Virus record (IMG/VR): IMGVR_UViG_3300028405_000011 | Location: 1 to 33,681 of that record | Source of the DNA: a virus | Lineage: Duplodnaviria > Caudoviricetes | Length of the DNA: 33,681 bases | Strand: one strand, 5' to 3' | Shown: positions 8,513-18,565 of the stretch, one piece after another | Position numbering within the stretch: the first letter of the stretch is position 1 | Layout of the letters: each line of letters starts with the position of its first letter | The notes under the pieces: model-generated | What the model was told of the DNA's origin: nothing | Database searches by the model: none | Seen by the model: only the letters and a program-made list of their open reading frames with translations | Position numbers and translations under genes: made by a program

Positions 8513-9409
8513 TTATCGCCCCCAGAGGCTTCCGCCGCCAAAGATAGCAAGTGGGCCGAAGTCTTTTACGTTGTTCCATCCATCATTCATCAGGCCGCCG
8601 ATGTTGTCAGTCCAGCTTCGTTTATTGTTCTGTGTTGGTGCAGTAACAGATTGATAAGTCGGTGTGGTTGGTTCTTTGAACTGCATACCTGCAATACGTT
8701 CTTTGCTTGCACCGAGATATTTCTCAAGATCCATCTCTGTAGCACGATCAGCTGCAGCACGTGCGTTGGCTTGCTGCTCTTTCCATCGTTCAAGTTCGAG
8801 CTGTTTGTTTTGCATAAGGTTTTGATCTCGAGCACCGAACTGATCAGCGAGTAGTCCACGATCAGACTGGTTCTGGCCGTAGGCTGTGTTTCGTTGGTTG
8901 AGTAGTGTAGACCAAGCAGATTGCAGTGCGTTGAGGCCGTCTTCCTGGCTCTGGTAGTTGCCACCAGATACGTTGAAAACTTCCTGCAATGCACGGTTCG
9001 ATAGATCGTTATAGTCGGTTGCGGCATTTTGGTAGTTTGTGCCGAGGTAGTTGGCAGTGTTGCTCATCTGAGATTGCTGATCGCCCATAGCACGAGATCG
9101 TTGTGCTTCTGTGAGGCCAGTGCCGCCGTACTGTTGGCGGATCGACTCAGGTAGCTTGTTCATAGTCGTATTCATCTGATCGACGGCATCACGAGCACCC
9201 TGGTAAGTTCCACGTGCGGCGTTGATCTCGTCGGTGTTCATATACTCATTGCGAGCATCGGCATAAATATCGCCATAGTTTTGGCGACCATCGAACGCTG
9301 AGTTGTATTTTTCCCCAGCTGATCCAGCTTCTTTTTCGTACTGATTGTACGACTGCTTGCTGGCGTTGGCTGAACCTTGTGCATCAGATATTCTTTTACC
9401 GAAGTCCAT
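8513..9409 (-). CDS. Putative ejection/internal protein, coiled-coil (paralog B)
   Basis: Gln/Asn/Ala-rich; AAGGAG SD; shares KLPESI.QQ.GGTGLT.AQR with 9466..10302. Confidence 0.7.
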   Translation of the reverse strand: MDFGKRISDAQGSANASKQSYNQYEKEAGSAGEKYNSAFDGRQNYGDIYADARNEYMNTDEINAARGTYQGARDAVDQMNTTMNKLPESIRQQYGGTGLTEAQRSRAMGDQQSQMSNTANYLGTNYQNAATDYNDLSNRALQEVFNVSGGNYQSQEDGLNALQSAWSTLLNQRNTAYGQNQSDRGLLADQFGARDQNLMQNKQLELERWKEQQANARAAADRATEMDLEKYLGASKERIAGMQFKEPTTPTYQSVTAPTQNNKRSWTDNIGGLMNDGWNNVKDFGPLAIFGGGSLWGR

Positions 9410-9465
9410 ACGTCTATTCTCCTTGATTTTATGTTACCACGGATGGATAGAATAACCCTGGCCGA

Positions 9466-10302
9466 TTATGATCGATATTTTCCAGCATCCATACGCTTCA
9501 GGTACTCAGTGGTTGATAATTTTCCAGATTGGAACGCTGCAGTATCGGTGCGGAAGCTGTTATCTGCATCAGCTTTTTTCTTTGCCGAAGACTCTGCATA
9601 CGCCTGTCCAGCTTTCCGAGCGTTGGCCGCCGATTGTGTTTGGCCTGCCTTAAAGTTATTCATCCAGGTTTCAAACTCACGCTCTTCCTGCATCTGCTGT
9701 TGCTGGAACTTATCATTGTCATAGTCCATCTGAGTTTTTTGCAGTTGAGACTTGCTGCTGCCGTAAAGTTCAGACCACTTATCCTGGTTGCCGATACTTG
9801 TTTGCCAGTCGCTATATTTACGACGTACGCCATCCCAGTAGCTATCATATTGTTTATTTGATACATCAAGTGCACTATCAAATGCTTTATCAACGGTATC
9901 ATTATAGTTTGTGAACTGAGTTTCATAGTTGGCATTGTATTGAGTAAATTGTTTGCTCAGATCACCAAGTTGCTGCGACTTCGCCATATCACGCTGAGCC
10001 TGTGTGAGCCCCGTACCACCGAATTGCTGCGTGATCGACTCAGGCAATTTATCGATCTGAGTCTTCAGACCATCGGTTGTCTCTTTCGATTGTTTCCAGC
10101 TATTGTTGAGATCGGCGATCTCCTGAGTGTTCGTGAGGCTTTGTTTTTGCTGCTCGAGCACTGTCTGATATTTTGGTGCAGTAGAAAATGACGTATCATA
10201 AGCAGACTGAGCCTTGCCAGTCTCTTTCTTCGCCTTATCATAGGATGCTTTGGTTTGATCCCTGTAAGTCGTTGCTTCGTTGATGCGTTGCTTAAAGTCC
10301 AT
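9466..10302 (-). CDS. Putative ejection/internal protein, coiled-coil (paralog A)
   Basis: Gln/Lys-rich; aligns with the neighbouring ORF from the MDF..RI..A start. Confidence 0.7.
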   Translation of the reverse strand: MDFKQRINEATTYRDQTKASYDKAKKETGKAQSAYDTSFSTAPKYQTVLEQQKQSLTNTQEIADLNNSWKQSKETTDGLKTQIDKLPESITQQFGGTGLTQAQRDMAKSQQLGDLSKQFTQYNANYETQFTNYNDTVDKAFDSALDVSNKQYDSYWDGVRRKYSDWQTSIGNQDKWSELYGSSKSQLQKTQMDYDNDKFQQQQMQEEREFETWMNNFKAGQTQSAANARKAGQAYAESSAKKKADADNSFRTDTAAFQSGKLSTTEYLKRMDAGKYRS

Positions 10303-10306
10303 AATA

Positions 10307-11692
10307 CTATTCTATTACATACGGCGTATTTAGCACCGTAACTCTTATGGTTACGCCTTGATACCAGATCCAGTCTCGCCATCGAGCACGGTAGGTAGTG
10401 CTACCGATGATGAATGCACGCTGGATCCATTTGTACGGCACCGAGGTTTTTACGGTGAGTATACCAGCGGCATCGATCTTCACTGTCGCTTTTGGCTGTG
10501 TGAAGTAGTATGCATCAAGCGTGCCGCCGTTAAAGCCTGCGAGCGTGTCATATTTTGCAACCGAAGTACCAGTGCCGAGGCTCACGATCCCCTGGATGTC
10601 GCCTGTTGATCCATCAGCCAGATATAGCGTGCTCCACGGTGAAGCGGGTAGTGCCGTCTTTGATTTTGGGTTGAGTAGTGAGTTGATATTGTCGCCAGTA
10701 CCACTGTTGAATAGTTGCTCTCGAGCACGGCCGTAAAACACTGAATTATCAATCTCACTGTTCTGTACGATCACCGACTTTACCGTTGATCCTCCGAGGC
10801 CAGTATCGATAGTGTACGCCGTTCGCTCAGTCACTCCGCTGCCCTGGTAGAAGTTGCCGTCATACGTATAAGCAGGGAATGGTGGACTTGGCTCTGCATT
10901 GAAGCCTGTCAGTGTGAACTCGTATGTTTTGAACTGAGATGCTGGCGATGATATGTCTGCTCCGAAGAGTGGATATTTGCTGTTCATATATGCAGTATTC
11001 TCATCACCCTCTGCGAGCACCTTGAGGCCATAGTCTACGCCCTGCAGCGTTGTCGAGTTTTCTTCGGCCAGATCATCATCTTCGTCGTCATACCACACCA
11101 CGCCAGTACCGCCAGATTGCACCTTGTACGAGCCACTCACGAGATCCCAGTAGCAGTTACTTGGTGCAGGAGTCACTGAATACTCAGTGCTGCCAGTTGG
11201 TACTGGTACACCGTTGAAAACTACGTCGCCACTGGCATTGTATATTATGAAGTCGCTCACATCAGCAAACATCTTCCTGGTGTCGGCCGAGGCACCGTTG
11301 CTGATTGATCCCACCAGGATAGGGTAAGGCGTGGCCACGTTGTCTGTCGGCGATGTCCACTCGACTCCGTTCACTTTCGTGGTTTTACCGAACTCGATAG
11401 AGAATATCATCTTTTCGCCACCAGGTAGTGTCGAGAAGTCGATCGGCAAAGTCGCTGCGGATCCGCTGCCGCCATAGTCTGGTTGCATCTTCGCCTCGTA
11501 GTGATCCACGACAAAGGTGTTCGTATAGAACATATTGAACGATGCAGTTGATGCAGATCCTGAAGATCGAGCACCGAAAAGTGGCATCGTTGAAAATTGG
11601 TTGCTCATCCTTATATTTGTGACTACTTTGAAGCCAGCACCTGGGTTGATGCCTGTACTGATATATTGTCCTGCAAAACGTAACCACTTCAT
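10307..11692 (-). CDS. Tail/receptor-binding-type virion protein
   Basis: Beta-rich (Ser/Thr/Gly/Tyr); N-terminal QYISTGINP lectin-like domain; internal DYGLK motif. Confidence 0.6.
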   Translation of the reverse strand: MKWLRFAGQYISTGINPGAGFKVVTNIRMSNQFSTMPLFGARSSGSASTASFNMFYTNTFVVDHYEAKMQPDYGGSGSAATLPIDFSTLPGGEKMIFSIEFGKTTKVNGVEWTSPTDNVATPYPILVGSISNGASADTRKMFADVSDFIIYNASGDVVFNGVPVPTGSTEYSVTPAPSNCYWDLVSGSYKVQSGGTGVVWYDDEDDDLAEENSTTLQGVDYGLKVLAEGDENTAYMNSKYPLFGADISSPASQFKTYEFTLTGFNAEPSPPFPAYTYDGNFYQGSGVTERTAYTIDTGLGGSTVKSVIVQNSEIDNSVFYGRAREQLFNSGTGDNINSLLNPKSKTALPASPWSTLYLADGSTGDIQGIVSLGTGTSVAKYDTLAGFNGGTLDAYYFTQPKATVKIDAAGILTVKTSVPYKWIQRAFIIGSTTYRARWRDWIWYQGVTIRVTVLNTPYVIE

Positions 11693-11699
11693 AATTTAC

Positions 11700-12593
11700 C
11701 TACATATTAAAACTTGCATTAGTTTTATCTGATGATAGCATCGGCAAACGCACTAGCACAAGCGAGCACTTCGGTGCAAAATACTGGCCATCGAGCGTGT
11801 AATAATTGATCTCTGCAGCTGGAACCGCTGGCCTATAGCCAGATACCGCCTGGATCGATACGCCGCCCATTATCCATCGTCCGTTCGTTTGCTTGATATA
11901 GCTGAATGGCGATAGCTTCTCTGGATCGATGCCTTCAGGTAGGTAGATATTGCGGTTCTTATCCTCGATCGTCGCCACTTTTACGGCCACGACGAGCATC
12001 GATTGCACGTTTGCGTTGAGGCCGAGATCGGCTGGATCCATACTATTTACGTCGTCGGTGAGTAGGTGCTTGATGCCGTAGTCATACTTTTGCCCCCACT
12101 CAGTATCCATGCCATCATCCACATACGGATATTCTACGTCAGTATCGATGTCGATATTGAATACTACAAACGTACCTGTCGGTGCATCGCTGCTGATAAA
12201 AGCGTTGTACTCTGTCTCAGTGATAAATGTCTTCTCGTAGTAAATATACTTGAGGTCCCAGCTGATATTTTTGTCTCCAGATGTCCAGCCAGATGCAGAC
12301 AATGGTGCGATCATAGGTGGATGGCCGAGGCCGTGCAGCCGTCGCATACTGTGCTTCCATCTTGTAGACGTAACGCCTAAGTACTCGCTCCAGAAAGTAT
12401 ATGATCCAGTCGATACAACTTCCCAGTCGGTGTCGTCGGTGATAAACTCCACGATCTGCAGCACTGGGAATGCCGAATTATATAGCAGCTGGTTGTCTGC
12501 AGCAAAACGTAGATCATAGCCTTTTCTGGCTATCTTGAGGCCGTAGTCGCCACGATCTCGCAGCGTACGTTCCATATACCGTGACGGATCCAT
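11700..12593 (-). CDS. Virion tail-associated protein
   Basis: GDYGLKIARKGYD and DYGIK motifs; located in the tail operon. Confidence 0.6.
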   Translation of the reverse strand: MDPSRYMERTLRDRGDYGLKIARKGYDLRFAADNQLLYNSAFPVLQIVEFITDDTDWEVVSTGSYTFWSEYLGVTSTRWKHSMRRLHGLGHPPMIAPLSASGWTSGDKNISWDLKYIYYEKTFITETEYNAFISSDAPTGTFVVFNIDIDTDVEYPYVDDGMDTEWGQKYDYGIKHLLTDDVNSMDPADLGLNANVQSMLVVAVKVATIEDKNRNIYLPEGIDPEKLSPFSYIKQTNGRWIMGGVSIQAVSGYRPAVPAAEINYYTLDGQYFAPKCSLVLVRLPMLSSDKTNASFNM

Positions 12594-12853
12594 TAGAATG
12601 CTCCAGGACTATAGCCGAGCATCACCACAAGACGGCCAGACGGATCCTCTACTTTGTAAAGCCCACGGATTTGTTGATCACCACGTGTCATACCAGTACG
12701 CACGTTTCGTGGTGCTGTCTGGTTCTGCTCAGCGATGTTGCCGATGTTCATATCATCAATCGTAGCGAAGCCCTTTGTCATTTTCGAGGTATTGAGCTGC
12801 TCGTAGCTTGTTTGAATATCAGCTGTGTTCGGGTTGTAAATTGACTCAGCCAT
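12593..12853 (-). CDS. Small virion protein
   Basis: TAATG coupling on both sides. Confidence 0.7.
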   Translation of the reverse strand: MAESIYNPNTADIQTSYEQLNTSKMTKGFATIDDMNIGNIAEQNQTAPRNVRTGMTRGDQQIRGLYKVEDPSGRLVVMLGYSPGAF

Positions 12854-14868
12854 TATCGATGCAATTTACCTTCCTCGCTCAGCTCTCGAGCGTTAAGTGC
12901 AACGCTGGTGACACGTGGCGGCACGAATGTTGAGCCGTCATTTGTTCCATCGAAGCCGAACTGGATCTCGTGAAAACGCTTATTTATCTCGAAGTATACC
13001 TCTGTTTCTGTTGCAATAAGCTCACGAGTATCGATTGTCCAGGGTTGATTGTCGATCCTGTATTTTAGCTTGATCGTTGATCCAGTTGGTAGTGGATCTG
13101 TCGAGATTGCAATACGATTGGCCATCTTCTCTTTCCAGGGCATACCGCCGTCGTACACCAGGCTTTCGTACTTGAACTTCTTTGCAGGCTTCGAGCTGTT
13201 ATTTACGATCGCTATATTGAACTCATCGGTGTCGGCCACTACGTCGTGGATCTTGTAAGAGAAGTACAATGTGTCGCCGAAGTTCCACACGCCGCCGATC
13301 TCATACGTGTAGTCTGCAGTATTATAGCTGCCCACGGCTTCAGGAATGTCGTACGAGTAGTAGAAGCTGTTTGGATAGTTCTTATCGACTGCACCCCAGC
13401 TGTACACGCCGTGCCGCATCGTGATCAGGTTCGTGATACTAGGATATGCCATCAGCAAGATACCACGCCGTACGGTCATTGAGTGGCTGTAAATATCAGT
13501 ATTGTCCTGGATGCCAGTGTACTCGCTTTGAGAGTCCTGGATCGTACGTACTTTCGTGAGTGCTTTGCCGCCAGTATAGGCGTAAAGTGCACCATCGATG
13601 ATCATATACGTGATGTTCAGGTAGGTGTACAAGCTCTTCGGTTCGCCCATTGGCGTATCGATCTTGAAGTTGATTGCATCAGCGAAGCCATCCCAGAAGC
13701 CGAGCATACCACTTTGGAATACTCGAGTACCTGTTTGGCCGACTTTCTCGCAGCCGAGCACGGTGTACTCATCGTTGCTGGTGAGGGTTGTGATCTCCAT
13801 ACCTGTTTCGATGATCACACGGTGCCTGCTGAACTCTGAGGCATCGACTGTCTGCAGGCCACTAGGTAGCCAGTCCACAAGATACTGGCCGTTGCCGATC
13901 AGCAGCTTTGATCCTGCCCAGTTGAGGATCGGGTGGTTCTTCTTCAGTGTGTTGAGCAATAATGCCGAGAAGAAGTAGAAGTGCAGGCCATAAAGCTGAC
14001 TAGCCTCGTACGTGTCTACCGTGAAGCCTGATGTCGTTGCAGTAAGGTGGATGTGATACACCGTACCGAAGTTCTTGTACTCGCCGAGCTCTGTCTGAGC
14101 AAAGGTGAACCGAGTTGTCGCCGCCGTGCTGATCGCTGCAGCCGCAAGCGTTGAGGTTGCAATGACTTTGTTCTGCTCGTCGTGAACGGTGATCGTGACT
14201 GATCCTGCACCTTTCGCTCTGAAGCGTAAGTCGATCGCTATCATAGGCGATTGATCTGGTAGGAATATACATTTGTTCGTGTCCGTTTCTGATATAGCAG
14301 CGGTAGGGATCGTGTAGGTACCTGAGCTGCCATTCTTAAATGTCCATCTACTCGTGCCGCCACCGATCCACTTGTCGTCTCGATCTCTTACGAGGATCTG
14401 AGCCATTGTAGGGTACGTACTATAAGCACCTGTGATCGTAGTTACTGCAGGAGATCCAGCTTTTACAACTGGCGTGTATTGATAGATACGATCAGTACCT
14501 GTGATATAAAGACTGTCTGTGAGTGGCCAGTACGCAAGATCTCCGAACGTGCCTGCAGTCCAGTCGGGTAAGTCGGCCACTTTCGTGATGTCGTTTGTTG
14601 CATCGATCTTATAAAGGCCGCCATTGGTAGCAACGCCCCATCGGATGCCGTCTGGGGTTTGAGTCATTGAATTGATCAGGCCTGCAAGATCTACGTCGCT
14701 GAGCTTCTGAGTGCCTGGAAGCACTGTCATAACGCTAGGGCTCTTACGTGAGTCCATACACTCAGCATCGGCGAAGCTGTTTTTGATACCGATCTTTTTA
14801 TCAGTACCCATACCACCGTAGAACGAAGTCTGGCTAATTATTACATCACCACTGTTACCAACTGCCAT
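12853..14868 (-). CDS. Tail nozzle/head-closure protein (P22 gp10 or tail tubular B-like, beta-propeller-type)
   Basis: 671 aa, beta-rich, directly after the adaptor; GGAGG SD; size and position typical of podoviruses. Confidence 0.65.
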   Translation of the reverse strand: MAVGNSGDVIISQTSFYGGMGTDKKIGIKNSFADAECMDSRKSPSVMTVLPGTQKLSDVDLAGLINSMTQTPDGIRWGVATNGGLYKIDATNDITKVADLPDWTAGTFGDLAYWPLTDSLYITGTDRIYQYTPVVKAGSPAVTTITGAYSTYPTMAQILVRDRDDKWIGGGTSRWTFKNGSSGTYTIPTAAISETDTNKCIFLPDQSPMIAIDLRFRAKGAGSVTITVHDEQNKVIATSTLAAAAISTAATTRFTFAQTELGEYKNFGTVYHIHLTATTSGFTVDTYEASQLYGLHFYFFSALLLNTLKKNHPILNWAGSKLLIGNGQYLVDWLPSGLQTVDASEFSRHRVIIETGMEITTLTSNDEYTVLGCEKVGQTGTRVFQSGMLGFWDGFADAINFKIDTPMGEPKSLYTYLNITYMIIDGALYAYTGGKALTKVRTIQDSQSEYTGIQDNTDIYSHSMTVRRGILLMAYPSITNLITMRHGVYSWGAVDKNYPNSFYYSYDIPEAVGSYNTADYTYEIGGVWNFGDTLYFSYKIHDVVADTDEFNIAIVNNSSKPAKKFKYESLVYDGGMPWKEKMANRIAISTDPLPTGSTIKLKYRIDNQPWTIDTRELIATETEVYFEINKRFHEIQFGFDGTNDGSTFVPPRVTSVALNARELSEEGKLHR

Positions 14869-14878
14869 AATAAGCCTC

Positions 14879-15772
14879 CTATTGGATAATCAAGCCAGCG
14901 AATGGATCAGAAGATGCACCCTGGCTTCGGTTAGGGTTGACAACGCCGCCAGTGGTTTTCGTGCCATAAACTTGCTTGTATTCAGTAAATGCAGCATCGA
15001 ATAGCTGCTTGTACATACTGGCACTCTCGAGATCTTTACGAAGCAGGAAGAACTGGTGGCAAGCGTAGTAAACTGGTGCATCGTGATACTCTTCAGGGAA
15101 TGGTGGGCACTGGCCGATCCGAACGTCGATGTTGGTAGCCGTAGATCCCTGGTACACGTTGTCGATCCAGATGTGAGTCGTATCGATGAACTTTGATACC
15201 TTGTACCAGTTGCCATCGAGTCCGTCTTCAGAGGTGAACCAGCAGTTGTTTGCCACTTTCGGGCTGAACGTCGTAGCGTTTGCCGTGACGATGATGCTAT
15301 TCTCGACCACATCAGCTTTGAGTTTGAAGTCTTCGATCATCATATCCACCATACGTGGCTCGAAGCTCACGACGATGCCATCAGTAACGTCTGCAGATGG
15401 CGTAGGATAGATACCGATCTCGTCGGCACCCTTTACGAAGAAGTACATAGCGTTGCCAGCGAGCATACCTGGTGCAGATGATAGCCTGTTCCACTGCTCT
15501 TCACTTTCGATCTGGGCAATAGGAACATACTGATCGTTTTTCTTCACTTTTACAGTAGAGACTCGAAGCATATCGCTAGGGAATTGATAATAGACCTGGC
15601 CTTGCTTCAGGTTCGTCTTCTTTTCGCTACGAGTCCAGTATCGACGAGCTGCATTCTGAAAACGCTTGACACCAGTGTTGATGTCTCGAGAGACTTTGGC
15701 CATTTCTGGCGAGTCACTATACAAGCCGCAGTTGTCGGCCGCTTGTTTTTTCATCTGTGTCCACGTTAGCAT
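14879..15772 (-). CDS. Head-tail adaptor (P22 gp4 or tail tubular A-like)
   Basis: MLTWTQMK..., YQFPSDMLRV, IGIYPTPS and PFPEEYHDAPVYYA patterns; AAGGAG SD. Confidence 0.7.
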   Translation of the reverse strand: MLTWTQMKKQAADNCGLYSDSPEMAKVSRDINTGVKRFQNAARRYWTRSEKKTNLKQGQVYYQFPSDMLRVSTVKVKKNDQYVPIAQIESEEQWNRLSSAPGMLAGNAMYFFVKGADEIGIYPTPSADVTDGIVVSFEPRMVDMMIEDFKLKADVVENSIIVTANATTFSPKVANNCWFTSEDGLDGNWYKVSKFIDTTHIWIDNVYQGSTATNIDVRIGQCPPFPEEYHDAPVYYACHQFFLLRKDLESASMYKQLFDAAFTEYKQVYGTKTTGGVVNPNRSQGASSDPFAGLIIQ

Positions 15773-15795
15773 AATCGAGCTCCTTTTCTATCCTG

Positions 15796-15804
15796 ATTAT
15801 AGCA
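15796..15804 (-). promoter_or_regulatory. Extended -10 promoter (TGcTATAAT)
   Basis: Perfect TGn-TATAAT in the 33-nt gap before the adaptor gene. Confidence 0.7.
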
Positions 15805-15805
15805 G

Positions 15806-16540
15806 TTAATCATAAAATTGCCGTCGCCATTCAGTCGGTTGTGTGTTACTGCTATCTGACCACTGTTGATCTAAGGGATCATCAGTATCTTGCCAGGTAT
15901 TTTCGGCTCGATCGTCGGCGGCATCCCACTCCTGTTGCAGCTGATCCTCTTCAGTCCACGTTGCAGGCATCTCTTCGTCGCTGTCGATCCACTCTTGCGG
16001 CTGCTTGCCTATCTGATATTCAACAGACTTATCTATCGGACTGGTTGTTTGTATTAGGTACTCGGCAGTCTTTGTGATACCAGTCTGTGTTCCTACTTGA
16101 TACTCAGCACTTTTAGTCGTATCAGTGACTCGTCTTATTGTATAGCTCGCAGTTTTCGTAATTGAATATGTGACACCAGTCTGTGTTCCTACCTGATATT
16201 CTGCACTTCTGGTATCAGCAGTTGTACTCAGCACACTGTATGTTGCTGACCTTGTAGTTGATACTCTTGATATAACAAGGACATCATAAGCAGATTCCTT
16301 CGTGATTGGACTAGTCGTTTTAACAAGGTATGATGACCCTTTTGTTACTGCCGAAGACGTACTAACCTCATATGAAGCACTTTTCGTAATTTCTGCTAAC
16401 GTACTAACCTCATATGAAGCACTTTTCGTAATTTCTGCTAACGTACTAACCTGATATTCTGCACTTCTAGTGATAGCCGTATTACTTAAAAGACCATAAG
16501 TTCCAGGTGCTGACTGTCCGCCGTATGTATAGCCTAGCAT
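15806..16540 (-). CDS. Repeat-rich virion protein (about 11 x 14-aa beta repeats plus an acidic Trp-repeat tail)
   Basis: ITKSAxYxV-type repeats; C-terminal Trp every 10-11 aa; AAGGA SD. Confidence 0.75.
   Translation of the reverse strand: MLGYTYGGQSAPGTYGLLSNTAITRSAEYQVSTLAEITKSASYEVSTLAEITKSASYEVSTSSAVTKGSSYLVKTTSPITKESAYDVLVISRVSTTRSATYSVLSTTADTRSAEYQVGTQTGVTYSITKTASYTIRRVTDTTKSAEYQVGTQTGITKTAEYLIQTTSPIDKSVEYQIGKQPQEWIDSDEEMPATWTEEDQLQQEWDAADDRAENTWQDTDDPLDQQWSDSSNTQPTEWRRQFYD
16357..16452. repeat. Exact 42-bp tandem repeat (x2.3)
   Basis: ACGTACTAACCTCATATGAAGCACTTTTCGTAATTTCTGCTA at 16357 and 16399, partial copy at 16441. Confidence 0.92.
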
Positions 16541-16606
16541 TTAGTTCCTTTATTTAAGTTCTATTGTTTTCATGGTATGGGATAGAGGGTTATTTAGTTA
16601 TTGCAA

Positions 16607-17425
16607 TTAAGCAGTTCTTTCCCAGACGTAGACTGCTTGGTACGGAGGAATGGTAGAAGCTGAGTCTGTTGACCCTTGCAACCTTGAACTACCAGACGTT
16701 GTTTGTATACTAGTTTGGGTTGTATTATTTGTAATTGTTCGGTGAGTAGACGTGAAAGTTGTACCAGTATCTAGGTCGTAGTAGATGTTAGATGATGCTC
16801 CGATACCTAGCGGCGATACGTTTGCTCTAGCACCCGTTAATGCGTGAGTGTGTGTTGCAGACCCACCAGTACCACTATACGTTCCACCCCTAGCGACTAT
16901 AAACTTGTCTGTAATAGCAACCCAAGTGTTGCCAGATTGCCCAGGCAGATAAGTTGATGGGTTAGCTGAGTTACTTTTATTCTCATAGATTGTACCTACT
17001 GGGTAGAAGTCTGGGAACGTGTTGCTTGAAGCAGATAGGTCTTTATTAGTCAAAGAAGCAGTTGCTGCACGTTCTGTAGCGTTAGAGGTGTTGTCTACGT
17101 TGCCAAGTCCTACATCGGCTTTGACTACAGGAATATCGTCTGTGAATATAGCATTGCTAATTCTCCAGCCTACTGCAATAGATTTTGCCGTAGTATCACC
17201 TTGACCCCTAACGATAGTCAATGTATCGGTAGTTATATTTGTGACTTCTATTTTTTCGGAATTGTCGAGGGTTGGTAGTTGGTCTACTGGATGTGCAGTT
17301 GCGTAAAATGGGGTTGCAGGATATCTAGCCCCATGAGTAGAAGTAACCACTAAATCAGTGCCACTAGTGGCAGGAGATGGTGCTGTAGCTACTAAGGCAG
17401 TAGCATAATCTTTTAAGTTACCCAT
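16607..17425 (-). CDS. Tail fibre/baseplate-type protein
   Basis: KADVGLGNVDNTS fibre motif; C-terminal YPVGTIY...TGGSATHTH...PPYQAVYVWERTA domain. Confidence 0.8.
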   Translation of the reverse strand: MGNLKDYATALVATAPSPATSGTDLVVTSTHGARYPATPFYATAHPVDQLPTLDNSEKIEVTNITTDTLTIVRGQGDTTAKSIAVGWRISNAIFTDDIPVVKADVGLGNVDNTSNATERAATASLTNKDLSASSNTFPDFYPVGTIYENKSNSANPSTYLPGQSGNTWVAITDKFIVARGGTYSGTGGSATHTHALTGARANVSPLGIGASSNIYYDLDTGTTFTSTHRTITNNTTQTSIQTTSGSSRLQGSTDSASTIPPYQAVYVWERTA

Positions 17426-17428
17426 TAT

Positions 17429-17836
17429 TTATACTCCAACCTTGTCTATCTGACCAACTCCTAGAACTGTATTAGCATCCGATGTGGATACAATTAAGTC
17501 ATTCGGGTAAACCATCTGAATTACTTTTTCATTTTGCTCGGTGTCTTCATAACCAAAGCAGTAGATGGTTGACTCCTCGATAGCATCGCCGCCCATATCA
17601 GCAGAGCGTAGACGACGATAAAAATGTATAGGCTTCATTGTACCTGATATATCAACAACAATATGACGCACTCCGTCAGTGAGAATCCACTGCTTTAGTG
17701 CGTCAACATTGATTTCTTTGAACTGGTGAAACAAGCCATCATCATCAAATTGCTTTAACTGAGTGTCATCGTTATAGATTGCGACCCATTGCCATTTCTC
17801 TGATTTAACTTCTTCTCCGTTGAATGTGTGAACCAT
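17429..17836 (-). CDS. Hypothetical protein (WxAxY.D..LxQ family)
   Basis: AAGGA SD; resembles 18566..19018. Confidence 0.75.
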   Translation of the reverse strand: MVHTFNGEEVKSEKWQWVAIYNDDTQLKQFDDDGLFHQFKEINVDALKQWILTDGVRHIVVDISGTMKPIHFYRRLRSADMGGDAIEESTIYCFGYEDTEQNEKVIQMVYPNDLIVSTSDANTVLGVGQIDKVGV

Positions 17837-17860
17837 TGTATTGATTCCTTTCGTATTGTA

Positions 17861-18043
17861 TTACTTTTTTAATTGTCCTCGTTCTACAGATGCCTTCTGG
17901 ACGTTGATAAACTGAGAACCAAAATGTTCTGGGTCACGTGGCGTGTAGCCAGTTTCATTACACGTATGTTCCAGATAGTCATCGTTAGTATCGAATATGA
18001 TTAAACAACGACCACAGGTTACTTTCTCGGATTTCTCGTTCAT
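17861..18043 (-). CDS. Small zinc-finger protein
   Basis: CxxC-x12-HxC pattern; GAGG SD. Confidence 0.65.
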   Translation of the reverse strand: MNEKSEKVTCGRCLIIFDTNDDYLEHTCNETGYTPRDPEHFGSQFINVQKASVERGQLKK

Positions 18044-18051
18044 ATTACCTC

Positions 18052-18555
18052 TTACGCAGTTTCATCATATTGATAGTGAATTGTCAAAGTCGCACCAGCA
18101 GTTGTAGCTGCATCTGTCTGTAACTGCATAACTAAGTAATCACTTGAGCCAGTAGCAGTTAGCGAGCCTGTCAATGAGCCACCGATACCAAGGTTTGCAC
18201 CTGTAGGTTCACTGGTTGGCATTGTCTGGTCTGCTGGGGTAGATGTTGTTGCAACAGGTGTTGCGTATGTCTCAGAACCACCGTATGTAGTTTCACGTGC
18301 ATTAGTCTTTAGGGCATCTGAGCCACTAAGCGAACCAGTCATCCACGTCTTTAGGTTGTCTATCGAAGTTGAACCACCTAGAGCAGTAACTTCAATCTTC
18401 TGCCATTTCTCGTATGAGTTATCACCTGCAACGATTGGATTAGCAGATGCACTTAGGTTTACTGCGTCAACAGAACCTAGGTTTGAGTTTGTGATATTGG
18501 CTGTTTTAGTTTCACCAGCACCGTTAAACTCGTTGATTTGTATTGTTGCTGCCAT
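18052..18555 (-). CDS. Putative structural (decoration/fibre) protein
   Basis: Thr/Ser/Gly/Ala-rich beta protein; AAGGAG SD. Confidence 0.65.
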   Translation of the reverse strand: MAATIQINEFNGAGETKTANITNSNLGSVDAVNLSASANPIVAGDNSYEKWQKIEVTALGGSTSIDNLKTWMTGSLSGSDALKTNARETTYGGSETYATPVATTSTPADQTMPTSEPTGANLGIGGSLTGSLTATGSSDYLVMQLQTDAATTAGATLTIHYQYDETA

Positions 18556-18565
18556 ATGATGCTCC

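Noticed and set aside
16357-16452. Repeats near the fibre genes as a DGR template/variable pair
   Set aside because: The copies are exact, in-frame and adjacent, with no adenine-specific differences; no reverse transcriptase in the window
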